Positions 18,210-27,198 of a stretch of DNA of 61,537 bases are shown in pieces (positions within the stretch are counted from its first letter, which is position 1; each line of letters starts with the position of its first letter). The stretch is from Thermoplasmatota archaeon (GTDB lineage: Archaea; Thermoplasmatota; UBA186; UBA287), in NCBI GenBank assembly GCA_034190325.1, contig JAXHST010000081.1, positions 1 to 61,537 of the forward strand. Reading direction: 5' to 3'. The notes below the pieces were generated by a model. It made no database searches and was not told where the DNA came from. It saw nothing but the letters and a program-made list of their open reading frames with translations. The translations under genes were made by a program, and so were the position numbers.

Positions 18210-19088
18210 TCAAATGATGCCCGCCTTTTGCAGGACGAGGAGATCCTCTGTAGAAAGCTTCTCTCCCCTCTGGAATCTTGCTAATATTTCCTCTGCCTCT
18301 TTGCCGATCTCCTCTTTCTTTCTCTCATCCACCGCTTTCTTTTTCTTCTTCTTTTCATCCCTTGCTTTTCTTTCGAGCTCATTTATTCTATCGACAAGCT
18401 TTATGTGCTCTTCATGCGCCCTATCTGCTTCTTTTCTAGTCTTTGTTATTTCATCCCTTATGCTCTCAAGTTTGCTCCTTATTTCATCAGCCTGTTTGAA
18501 TACCTCTACCATGTTTTCATGCTCTCTCTGTGCTTCTTCTGAGGTCTCCCTTATCCTTTTATTGAACTCTCTCAAGCTGCTCCTTAACTCTTTTAATTTC
18601 GCGTTTTTTTCGTTTATAACGGTGTTCTGTGAGAGCAGCTCTTCCCTCATTTTGATTTCTCTGTTAAGCTTTGCGACCTCCTCTATGATCTCCCTCTCCT
18701 GTTGAGGGGTTAAAACTGTCGTCATCTGTTTGAACTCAAGTCTCTTCAACCGTTTTTTGAGCGCCCCTATAGTCATGTTGTTTGTTGGGAGTATCTCCCT
18801 TTTGATCCTGGAAATCTCATCGGATAACTCTTTTATACTCGTCAGTATCTTATCCTTCTCTACCCTCAGCTCCTTTACCCTGCCGTTGAACTCATCTCTC
18901 TTGCTTTTGTGCTGAACTGCTTCGTCTATCTTTGTTTTCAGCACCCCTTCGGTCTCATTTCTGGTGCCAATTAGCTCTTTTACCCTGCTGTTGAGTTCAT
19001 CCCTTTTATTCCTGTAAAACTCAGCTTGTCTGTTGAGATCTCCGATCTCCTCCTCAGCTTCCATCCTAACGGTTATGGTTGAAAGCAT
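18210..19088 (-). CDS. Archaeal coiled-coil protein (COG1340-like)
   Basis: 292 aa, almost entirely heptad-type E/K/R/L sequence, with a C-terminal lysine-rich tract (DEKKKKKKAVDERKKEE). Confidence 0.55.
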   Translation of the reverse strand: MLSTITVRMEAEEEIGDLNRQAEFYRNKRDELNSRVKELIGTRNETEGVLKTKIDEAVQHKSKRDEFNGRVKELRVEKDKILTSIKELSDEISRIKREILPTNNMTIGALKKRLKRLEFKQMTTVLTPQQEREIIEEVAKLNREIKMREELLSQNTVINEKNAKLKELRSSLREFNKRIRETSEEAQREHENMVEVFKQADEIRSKLESIRDEITKTRKEADRAHEEHIKLVDRINELERKARDEKKKKKKAVDERKKEEIGKEAEEILARFQRGEKLSTEDLLVLQKAGII

Positions 19089-19214
19089 ATTTAAAGATTT
19101 GTTTTACCTATATATAAGATAAGTGCTTTAGATGGTGAAATGGTGTCTTTTTATATGGTAGATACCCGGCGATAGTTTTATCAGATACCTTTTTATTACT
19201 ATATAGTGATAAAA

Positions 19215-19736
19215 ATGGGAAAGCTGAACGGAAAAAAGATAGCGGTTGTGCTGGAAAACGGTTTTGAGGACTCCGAGTTCTACGTGCCTTACAACAGGTT
19301 GAAGGATGAAGGATCTGAGCTTACAATAGTGGGCCTTGAGAGGGGAAAGGTGCTCGAGGGCAAGAGTGAGGGATATAGAGCAGAGGCAGATAGAAGCTTT
19401 GATGAAGTTAAACCAGAGGATTTTGATGCGCTTTTGATACCTGGGGGTTATTCGCCAGACAAGCTGAGAGCTTACGAGAAACCTGTTGACTTTGTAAAGG
19501 GTTTTGAAGGAAAGCCCGTGTTTGCGATATGCCATGGCCCCCAGCTACTGATATCTGCGGGGATGGTTAAGGGTAAAACCGTCACTTCATGGGCTTCTGT
19601 GGCCGTAGACCTCAAGAATGCTGGAGCAAACTGGATTGATAGAGATGTTGTCATTGATGGTAATCTGGTGACATCAAGGAAGCCAGCGGATCTGGGGGCT
19701 TTTGTTGAGGCGATAATAGATATACTAGGAAAGTGA
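19215..19736 (+). CDS. pfpI: PfpI/DJ-1 family intracellular protease
   Basis: KKIAVVLENGFEDSEF..., nucleophile elbow AICHGPQLL, LVTSRKPADL. ATG 19215 preferred over GTG 19206. Confidence 0.85.
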   Translation: MGKLNGKKIAVVLENGFEDSEFYVPYNRLKDEGSELTIVGLERGKVLEGKSEGYRAEADRSFDEVKPEDFDALLIPGGYSPDKLRAYEKPVDFVKGFEGKPVFAICHGPQLLISAGMVKGKTVTSWASVAVDLKNAGANWIDRDVVIDGNLVTSRKPADLGAFVEAIIDILGK

Positions 19737-19763
19737 TATAAACAAAAAACTCAATTATAAGAT

Positions 19764-19988
19764 ATGGTTATAGCTTATCTGTTAGCGTTGGTGGAGACCG
19801 GTAAAGAGCACCGGGCAGCGGAGGAGATATTGAAGGTGCAGGGGGTCAAAGAAACTGTAATAACCTACGGTACATGGGATCTTGTCATAAAGATCTCCAC
19901 AGATACTCTGAATGAGCTTGATATGATTATCACAAAGGTAAGGGAGATACCTCTGGTTCAACAAACCGAAACCCTTATAGGCATATAG
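19764..19988 (+). CDS. Stand-alone Lrp/AsnC ligand-binding (RAM) domain protein
   Basis: 74 aa with the beta-alpha-beta-beta-alpha-beta RAM pattern (IAYLLALVETGKE...VKETVITYGTWDLVIKI...) and no HTH. Confidence 0.6.
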   Translation: MVIAYLLALVETGKEHRAAEEILKVQGVKETVITYGTWDLVIKISTDTLNELDMIITKVREIPLVQQTETLIGI

Positions 19989-19998
19989 AGGCAGAGTA

Positions 19999-21162
19999 AT
20001 GAAGGTGGGGATGCTCGGCTGGGAATACCCGCCATTCAAGGTTGGTGGACTGAGCATTCACTGCTATGAACTTACCTCAAGGCTTGCAAAGGGCTGCTCT
20101 TCTATAGATTTTTATATGCCTAAGACGGGTCTTAAAATAGTTTCGCCAAGCGAAAAGATAAGAATACTGGAGGTACCGCTCTCAAATGCAGGGATAAATC
20201 CTTATTTCAGGATCTCTGTAGGCAGCAGCCTTGTGGATCTCGAGCTCAACGATTTTTTCAGCGCTGTTGAAGCTTACAATGAGAAGGTTATAGAGTTTTT
20301 CCTTAAGCACAGCAGCGATTGCGATGTAATACACTGTCATGACTGGATAACCCTGGGCGCCGCTGTTGAGCTAAAAAGAATGTTGAAGAAGCCTCTGATT
20401 TTTACTGTTCACAGCACCGAATATGACCGCTCTGCATATTTCTTTCCCATGCAGTGGATAATCGATAGAGAAAGGTTTGGCATGGAGAATGCTGATCGGA
20501 TCATAGCTGTGAGCAAAAGGACGAAAAAACAAATAGAAAAAGAATATGGCATAGATGGTAGCAAAATTGTGGTTGTTCCCAATGGCATTGACTTCTCAAG
20601 ATTTGAGCGTGAAGAAGAGAGAGATTATGAGAGAAAAAACAGGATTCTCTTCGTTGGAAGGGTGACCAGACAGAAGGGATTAACATTTTTTGTGCAGATG
20701 GCAAAGAAGGTTCTTGAAAAGGAGGATTGCAACTTTGCGATCATAGGAAAGGGTGATGAACTTTCTAACTTGATAAAGCTCACTATAGATCTCAAGATCG
20801 CTGATAAATTTTCTTTCTTAGGGTTCCTGCCAGATGAGGAAGTTATCGAATACATGTACAACAGTGATCTCTATGTTCTGCCCAGTGTTTCCGAGCCCTT
20901 CGGTATAAGTGTGCTTGAAGCGATGAGCACGGGTTTGCCGGCTCTTATCTCCAAAAGCACAGGGGTTGGGGAATCACTGATTCACTGCTTTAAGACGGAA
21001 TTCTGGGATGTGAATGATATGGCAGATGTTGCTGTAGCGATTTTGCGCCACAGGTCTATGAGAGAGATCATAGGAAAGAATGGAAAGGCAGAGGCCAGGA
21101 TATACACATGGGAAAGGTGCGCTAATGAGACAAGAAGGGTTTATGAAGAGGTGGTGAGGTAA
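19999..21162 (+). CDS. GT-B glycosyltransferase, archaeal glycogen synthase-like
   Basis: N-terminus MKVGMLGWEYPPFKVGGL resembles archaeal GlgA. C-terminal half has the GT4/GT5 E-x7-E region (LPSVSEPFGISVLEAMSTGLP). Confidence 0.65.
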   Translation: MKVGMLGWEYPPFKVGGLSIHCYELTSRLAKGCSSIDFYMPKTGLKIVSPSEKIRILEVPLSNAGINPYFRISVGSSLVDLELNDFFSAVEAYNEKVIEFFLKHSSDCDVIHCHDWITLGAAVELKRMLKKPLIFTVHSTEYDRSAYFFPMQWIIDRERFGMENADRIIAVSKRTKKQIEKEYGIDGSKIVVVPNGIDFSRFEREEERDYERKNRILFVGRVTRQKGLTFFVQMAKKVLEKEDCNFAIIGKGDELSNLIKLTIDLKIADKFSFLGFLPDEEVIEYMYNSDLYVLPSVSEPFGISVLEAMSTGLPALISKSTGVGESLIHCFKTEFWDVNDMADVAVAILRHRSMREIIGKNGKAEARIYTWERCANETRRVYEEVVR

Positions 21163-22337
21163 TGGTTGATGTGTGTTTTTACTTTGAGGTTCACCAGCCA
21201 GTGAGGTTGAAGCGTCTCTCTGTGTTTGATGAGGTAAAGAAACCCATAGAGAGCTATTTTGACTGGGAAAAGAATAGAGAAATATTTCTGAAGGTGGCTG
21301 AGAAGTGCTACTATCCTGCAACCCATATGTTTCTGGAGCTTCTTGATGAGTATAAGGAGCTAAAGCTATCATTCAGCCTCTCCGGCACCTTTATAGAGCA
21401 GGCAAAGAGATTTGCACCGGACGTGCTAGACCTCTTCAGGGATCTTGTCAAAACAGGAAGGGTTGAGCTTTTGTGCGAGACTTACTACCATTCACTCTGT
21501 GGCCTCTGGGAAAAGCAGGATGAATTTAAGGAACAGCTCGAGCTACATAGAAAAACGATGGAAGAGTTATTCAACGTCAGACCCAGGGTTGTGCGCAACA
21601 CCGAGCTCATATATGATAACCGAATAGCCAGGAGCGTTGCTGATCTCGGCTTTGATGCGATTATAACGGAAGGCATAGAAAAGATCCTTGGCTGGAGAAG
21701 TTCTAACTTCCTGTACAGCTCAGAGGATGAGAGGTTGAGAGTTCTCCTGAAGAACTACAGACTCAGTGATGATATAGCCTTCAGGTTCTCAAATGCTTCC
21801 TGGAATGAATATCCCTTGACAGCTGAGAAGTATGCAGGCTGGATAGCGAAAGCTCCAGGTGATTATGTAGGTTTATTCATGGATTATGAGACATTTGGTG
21901 AGCACCAGTGGAAGGAGACGGGGGTATTTGATTTTATGAGAGCTCTGCCTGAACAGCTTCTTTCAAGGGGTGTGAATTTCCTGAGCCCCAAGGAGGTAGC
22001 ATCCTACGCTCCAAGAGAACCTCTTGATGTGCCCCTCGCAATTTCATGGGCAGATGTGGAGAGGGATGTAAGCGCATGGTTGGACAATGAGATGCAGCAT
22101 GAGTGCTTTAATGAGATCAGAGATCTTGAAGAAGCAATTAAGAGGAAGGGAGATGAAGAGTTATTGCATGTATGGCGTTTGCTCCAGACGAGCGATAATC
22201 TCTATTACATATCCCTCAAAACATTATCTGATGCAGAGGTCCATGCATATTTCAGTCCATATGATAGTCCATACAGGGCTTTTATGAACTACATGAATGC
22301 AATACAGGATCTCAAAAGAAGGGTTATGCAGCCCTAG
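21162..22337 (+). CDS. Glycoside hydrolase family 57 protein (alpha-amylase / glucan-processing)
   Basis: GH57 N-terminal signature (CFYFEVHQPVRLK), ...YYHSL..., FMDYETFGEHQW. TAATG overlap with the upstream GT gene. Confidence 0.75.
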   Translation: MVDVCFYFEVHQPVRLKRLSVFDEVKKPIESYFDWEKNREIFLKVAEKCYYPATHMFLELLDEYKELKLSFSLSGTFIEQAKRFAPDVLDLFRDLVKTGRVELLCETYYHSLCGLWEKQDEFKEQLELHRKTMEELFNVRPRVVRNTELIYDNRIARSVADLGFDAIITEGIEKILGWRSSNFLYSSEDERLRVLLKNYRLSDDIAFRFSNASWNEYPLTAEKYAGWIAKAPGDYVGLFMDYETFGEHQWKETGVFDFMRALPEQLLSRGVNFLSPKEVASYAPREPLDVPLAISWADVERDVSAWLDNEMQHECFNEIRDLEEAIKRKGDEELLHVWRLLQTSDNLYYISLKTLSDAEVHAYFSPYDSPYRAFMNYMNAIQDLKRRVMQP

Positions 22338-23024
22338 TCATCCCAAAATGATGGAACCTGAGAAGTTCTCTTTTTCTCCCCTTAGCGCTCTTCTCAGATC
22401 CTCAAGGTTTTTTCCATCAAATACCCAGCATTCCATGTTTGAGCGCTCTATAATCCTCGCACCCAGGAGATCCACCACGCTCTTAGCACCTGCTCTGGCG
22501 CTGTTCTTTGCGACTATTGAAACAAGCTCATTGGCTTTGAGCTCTTTTACCTTTTCTGCGCTTCTGTCGCTCTTCGGATCACCTGTATAAACACCATCAA
22601 CCGATGTTGCGAGCAAAAGCTTCTTTGAGCCCAGCCTCTCAGCCAAAAGTGCTGCCACTGCATCAGTTGTGTGCCCGGGTATGGTGCCCCCCATAACAAC
22701 AAACCTGTGCTCTGCTGTTATGGCTTCATTTATGCTCTCCGCAACCTTAGGGTAGACTTCGCTTCCAAGAGCACAGATCAAAAGATAAGCATTCATCCTT
22801 GTTGCTAATATGCCTATCTCATCCAGCAAAGACTCGTTTGCATCCATTGCTCTCCCCTTCTCTATGTATTTCCTTGCTATCTCCCCCCCTCCAACAACGA
22901 TATAGATCCTATCCTCGACGCTTTTAAGGCATTCTGCCACCTCTCTTATGAACTCTGTATCTATATCCTCTGGGGCCATTATTGATCCGCCGTACGAAAC
23001 AACCAGCATCATCTGTAATCTCAT
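22338..23024 (-). CDS. pyrH: Uridylate kinase (archaeal type)
   Basis: Amino-acid-kinase fold motifs (VVSYGGS, IVVGGGEIAR, VVMGGTIPGHTTDAVAALLAE). Confidence 0.85.
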   Translation of the reverse strand: MRLQMMLVVSYGGSIMAPEDIDTEFIREVAECLKSVEDRIYIVVGGGEIARKYIEKGRAMDANESLLDEIGILATRMNAYLLICALGSEVYPKVAESINEAITAEHRFVVMGGTIPGHTTDAVAALLAERLGSKKLLLATSVDGVYTGDPKSDRSAEKVKELKANELVSIVAKNSARAGAKSVVDLLGARIIERSNMECWVFDGKNLEDLRRALRGEKENFSGSIILG

Positions 23025-23066
23025 AATTTATATAAATGATTATCTCTTAAGGGATTTGAAAAGAAG

Positions 23067-24278
23067 ATGGACAATATAGAGGAGTACAGGTTCAAGAAGC
23101 TTATTCAGGAGCTTGAGGACATAAAAGGAAAAGCCACAGAGCTGATATCTCTTTACATACCTCCGGGTAAGGAAATATCTGATGTCGTTGCATACCTTAG
23201 AGACGAGCTCTCACAGTCCTCAAACATAAAGTCAAAAAGCACAAGAAAAAATGTAACCTCGGCGATAGAATCACTCATATCAAGGTTAAGATATTACAGA
23301 ATAGCCCCTGGCAACGGTATCGCCATGTTTGTCGGGCATAAGAGCGCAGAGGCAAACCAGACAGAGATGGTCGCTTATGTTATAGATCCACCGAAACCCA
23401 TTCAATCCTACATCTACAGATGTGACTCCCAATTCTTTCTGGACCCCCTTAAGGAGATGCTCGGGGAAGAAAAGGTATATGGGCTTTTGATCATCGATCG
23501 CAAGGAGGCAACCATAGGATTGTTGAAGGGTAACAGAATAGAAACCGTAGAGGTAATGGAGTCTCTGGTGCCAGGGAAGCATGGTCGAGGAGGTCAATCA
23601 CAGCGAAGGTTTGAAAGGCTCATAGAGATAGCTGCGAATGAGTTCTTCAAGAAGGTAGGGGACAAGGCAAGTGAGGTCTTTCTTAATACGGAAGGCTTGG
23701 AAGGCATAATTGTGGGCGGTCCTGGGCCTACAAAGGATTATTTTTTACAGGGCAACTATCTGCACTATGAAATTGCAAAAAAGATATTTCCAAAGACTTA
23801 TGATACAGGTTATACTGACGAGTATGGGCTGAGAGAGCTTGTGAACAATGCTCAGGAGCTGCTTCAGGAGACGCAGCTAGCAAAGGAGAAAGCACAGTTT
23901 AAAGCCTTTATGGACGAGATAGTCAAAGAAAATGGTTTAGCGGTGTATGGAGAAGAGGAGATAAGGAAATATCTTGATATGGGCGCTCTGGATGTTATAT
24001 TGATCTCTGAGGATATGGACAAGGTCAGGGTTAAAGCAAGATGCCCTCAGTGCGGATATGTTGAAGATAGAACAGCAGATGCGGACGAAGAGCTCTTTTG
24101 CCCCAAATGTGGTGCGCTAATGGACAAAGAGGAGGAAAAAGATCTTCTCGGAGATCTTTTACACAAGGCAAAGGAAAAGAGCACAAGGGTTGAGCTGATA
24201 TCCAGGGATACAGAAGAGGGAGAGATCCTGGCCAAGGGCTTCGGTGGTATGGGAGCCATAGCGAGATTTAAGGTATGA
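23067..24278 (+). CDS. prf1: Peptide chain release factor aRF1
   Basis: NIKS motif (SSNIKSKSTR) and GGQ motif (HGRGGQSQRRF). 403 aa. Confidence 0.95.
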   Translation: MDNIEEYRFKKLIQELEDIKGKATELISLYIPPGKEISDVVAYLRDELSQSSNIKSKSTRKNVTSAIESLISRLRYYRIAPGNGIAMFVGHKSAEANQTEMVAYVIDPPKPIQSYIYRCDSQFFLDPLKEMLGEEKVYGLLIIDRKEATIGLLKGNRIETVEVMESLVPGKHGRGGQSQRRFERLIEIAANEFFKKVGDKASEVFLNTEGLEGIIVGGPGPTKDYFLQGNYLHYEIAKKIFPKTYDTGYTDEYGLRELVNNAQELLQETQLAKEKAQFKAFMDEIVKENGLAVYGEEEIRKYLDMGALDVILISEDMDKVRVKARCPQCGYVEDRTADADEELFCPKCGALMDKEEEKDLLGDLLHKAKEKSTRVELISRDTEEGEILAKGFGGMGAIARFKV

Positions 24279-24324
24279 GCAGAAGAGAAGAAGACAGAGT
24301 ACGGAAGGAGTGTGATGCTGGAAT

Positions 24325-25980
24325 ATGAGCGAGGAGAGAGATCCACTGGAGTGCTTTCATGAGGAGATAAGAACTCTTCTGGGGGGAACAGAGGTAAGGT
24401 TGATAAAAGCTCCAGAGGGCAAGGGGGATGCAGCATTTGCCTGTTTTCCCTTAGCCAAGCAGGAAAAGAAGGATCCTGCGGCTATAGCAACGGAGCTGGC
24501 AGAAAGGATAATGGGCAAGGAGAGAAAATGGGTTAAAGAGTGCAGGAGCGAAGGGGGATATCTCAATTTCTTTGTAGATGAGAATTGTCTGGCAAGAGCG
24601 GTTTTTGATGGGGTGGAGAGCAAACTGTTCGGTAGAGGACAGAAGAAGAAAGAGAAGGTGCTTCTGGAGCATACAAGTGCAAACCCCACAGGCCCCTTGC
24701 ATGTAGGTAGGGCCAGAAACCCGATAATAGGCGACACTTTAGCGAGAATAATGCGCTTCAATGGCTATGATGTTACAACAGAATACTATGTGGATGACGC
24801 AGGTATGCAGGTGGCTATGCTTGCGTGGGGTGTAAAGAACTGTTTTGAAGAGAGCAGAGAAGAGAAGATAGATCATAGACTTGTAGCATGCTATCAACAG
24901 GCTGCAAAGCTAAGGGAAGAAAATCCAGAGGTTGACAGAGAGATAAGGGAGCTGTTGGAGAGATACGAAGAGGGAGAGACAGAGGCTGTGCAGGAGATGG
25001 AGGAAACTTACAAAAAGGTTCTTGATGGAATAGTGAAGAGCCTTGGAGATATAAATGTTTATATAGACTCTTTTGTTAAGGAGAGCACTTTTCTACGCAG
25101 CGGGGAGGTTGGCAGGGTTATAGGGCTGTTGAAGCCTTATGCACAGGTCAAAGATGGGGCTCTGTGCATCGATCTAAAACCACACCCATTCTTTCTAACA
25201 AGGAGTGATGGCACAACCCTCTATCTCACCAGAGATATAGCCTATCATATAGATAAGTTCAGAAGGTGTGACATAGCTATCAACATTCTCGGGGAAGATC
25301 ACAAGCTTGAGTCAGAGCAGCTTGCCATAGCTCTGAGGCTGCTAAAGCAGAGAGCACCAGAGGTAATATTCTACGCTTTTATATCGCTGCCAGAGGGCAA
25401 GATGTCAACGAGAAGGAAGAGAGTCGTCTACCTGGATGATCTCATAGATGAGTCTATAGCGAGGGCAAAAGAAGAGGTTCTAAAGCGGAGAAGCGATCTG
25501 GATGATGAAAAGCTTGGCAGGATTGCTAGGGCCGTTGGCATAGGAGCTGTGAGATATAACATAATAAAGGTTCAGGCTTCAAAGCCGATAAAGTTCAGAT
25601 GGGAGGATGCCTTGAATATGGAGGGTAATAGTGCTCCTTTTCTTCAGTATTCTTATGCCAGAGCGAGGAGCATACTCAGAAAGGCAGGAGATCTTAAAAA
25701 GAATGTAAGTGTTGAGATTGCAGAGCCAGAGGAGAGAAAACTTGCACTCAGGATAGCAGAGCTCCCTCAGGTTGTTAAGGGCGCTGCAGAGCAGAGAGCC
25801 CCGCACCTTCTGGCAGAGTACCTTCTAGCGCTCGCCTCTGATTTCAATGTGTTCTACACACAGTGCCCCGTTCTGAAGACCAGGGTTAAAGAGCAGAGAG
25901 TTGCGCTTGTTGATGCTTTTGCCTATGTTATGAAGAGTGGTTTGGAGCTCCTTGGAGTTGAAGCTCTCGAAGAAATGTGA
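24325..25980 (+). CDS. argS: Arginyl-tRNA synthetase
   Basis: Class I HIGH-type motif (SANPTGPLHVGRARN) and a DALR anticodon-binding-like C-terminus. 551 aa. Confidence 0.9.
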   Translation: MSEERDPLECFHEEIRTLLGGTEVRLIKAPEGKGDAAFACFPLAKQEKKDPAAIATELAERIMGKERKWVKECRSEGGYLNFFVDENCLARAVFDGVESKLFGRGQKKKEKVLLEHTSANPTGPLHVGRARNPIIGDTLARIMRFNGYDVTTEYYVDDAGMQVAMLAWGVKNCFEESREEKIDHRLVACYQQAAKLREENPEVDREIRELLERYEEGETEAVQEMEETYKKVLDGIVKSLGDINVYIDSFVKESTFLRSGEVGRVIGLLKPYAQVKDGALCIDLKPHPFFLTRSDGTTLYLTRDIAYHIDKFRRCDIAINILGEDHKLESEQLAIALRLLKQRAPEVIFYAFISLPEGKMSTRRKRVVYLDDLIDESIARAKEEVLKRRSDLDDEKLGRIARAVGIGAVRYNIIKVQASKPIKFRWEDALNMEGNSAPFLQYSYARARSILRKAGDLKKNVSVEIAEPEERKLALRIAELPQVVKGAAEQRAPHLLAEYLLALASDFNVFYTQCPVLKTRVKEQRVALVDAFAYVMKSGLELLGVEALEEM

Positions 25981-27142
25981 TCAGCTCTCTACCATGCCCT
26001 CAGTGCGAGCAACAATGTTTGTGCATGCCAGGCTCTGATTATGTTGTTCATGGTCTCAAACATGTCTGTTATGGGGTTTATTGCCAAAGCCAGAGCAACC
26101 ACTATCCCTATCTGATCTGCTGTTAAACCTGGAGGACCGAGAATAACGAATAGAAGCATAAGGCTGCCCCCGGGCATACCTCCCGGCACCAATGCTTGCG
26201 AGAACAGTTGTGAATACCATGAGAGCTATCTGCGGAGCACCAAGCTCCAAACCGAAGATCTCAGAGGCAAGGACAGCGAAGAGGGGTAGGTGGATGCAGA
26301 CACCATCCATGTTTATCGTTGCGCCGAGAGGCAGAGAGAAGCTCGCTAGCTCTTCCCTTATCTTAAGATTTTTTCTGGCAACATCCATAGATACAGGCAG
26401 GGTAGCAGCGCTGCTTCTTGTTGTGGATGAAGTTAGAAGGGCATTCTTTACAGCGCTGAAAAACTTAAGGGGGCTCATTCTTGTGAACAGGTAATTGAAG
26501 AGGGAATATATGCAGAACATCATAAAAAGAATCCCGACAACCACACCGCCCACTATCTTTACATAAGGTCCAACTATGCTCGGCCCATAGAGACCAAAAT
26601 TAACGACAGTGAGAGCAAAGATGCCTATTGGAGCGTACTGAAGCACTCGCTCTATTATCTTGAACATCACATCTGTTATCCCATTTGACATTATTTTTAT
26701 CAGCCCTATGGTTTCTTTTAAATCCTCCCTTTCTTCCAGCAAGCCCCGTAGCCTGCGCACCAAAAGCGTCTATGAGCTTCTGCCACTCCAGCGCAGCACC
26801 CGCGCCAGGTCTTATGATTAGTGCAAGCAATAGGCCCAGGCATGCAGTTATGATGCTTGTGAGCATATACCAGCCTATCGTCTTTCCTCCCACTCTGCCG
26901 AGCTTTTTTATGGGCAAGCTTGCAGAGCCATACAAAAGTGAGAAAAAGACAACAGGAACAACAACCATCTTCAGCATATTTGCCAGTATGCCCCCGAAAG
27001 GAGTTGGATAAGGCGCTACAGGCTCTGCTATCAAATTACCGGTGAGAGCGCCATACACCCACATTGCGCCCCCAACAACTACGCCAAAAAGAAAAGCATA
27101 GAGCAGCTTTTTCCCTATGAAAACTCTGAGATGTGCTTTCAT
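25981..27142 (-). pseudogene. Disrupted Na+/H+-dicarboxylate/amino-acid symporter (DAACS/GltP family)
   Basis: Family-typical sequence is split over three frames (ORFs 26600..27142, 26056..26763, 25989..26192). Conserved segments include KMVVVPVVFFSL, APIGIFAL, SSAATLPV, GATINMDG, ASIGAG/GMPGGSL and ITDMFETMNN. The C-terminus continues in yet another frame (SLACTNIVARTEGMVES*) to a stop at 25981-25983. Confidence 0.75.
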
Positions 27143-27198
27143 TATGTGCTCCAGTCTTCAAAAGACAAATTATTTATATAACCACATTGATTAACTTC

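Noticed and set aside
24042-24110. CxxC...CxxC zinc-ribbon-like insertion (CPQCGYVEDRTADADEELFCPKCG) in the C-terminal domain of aRF1.
   Set aside because: It sits where e/aRF1 carries its variable mini-domain. I believe similar Cys pairs occur in other archaeal aRF1s, so it is likely ordinary.
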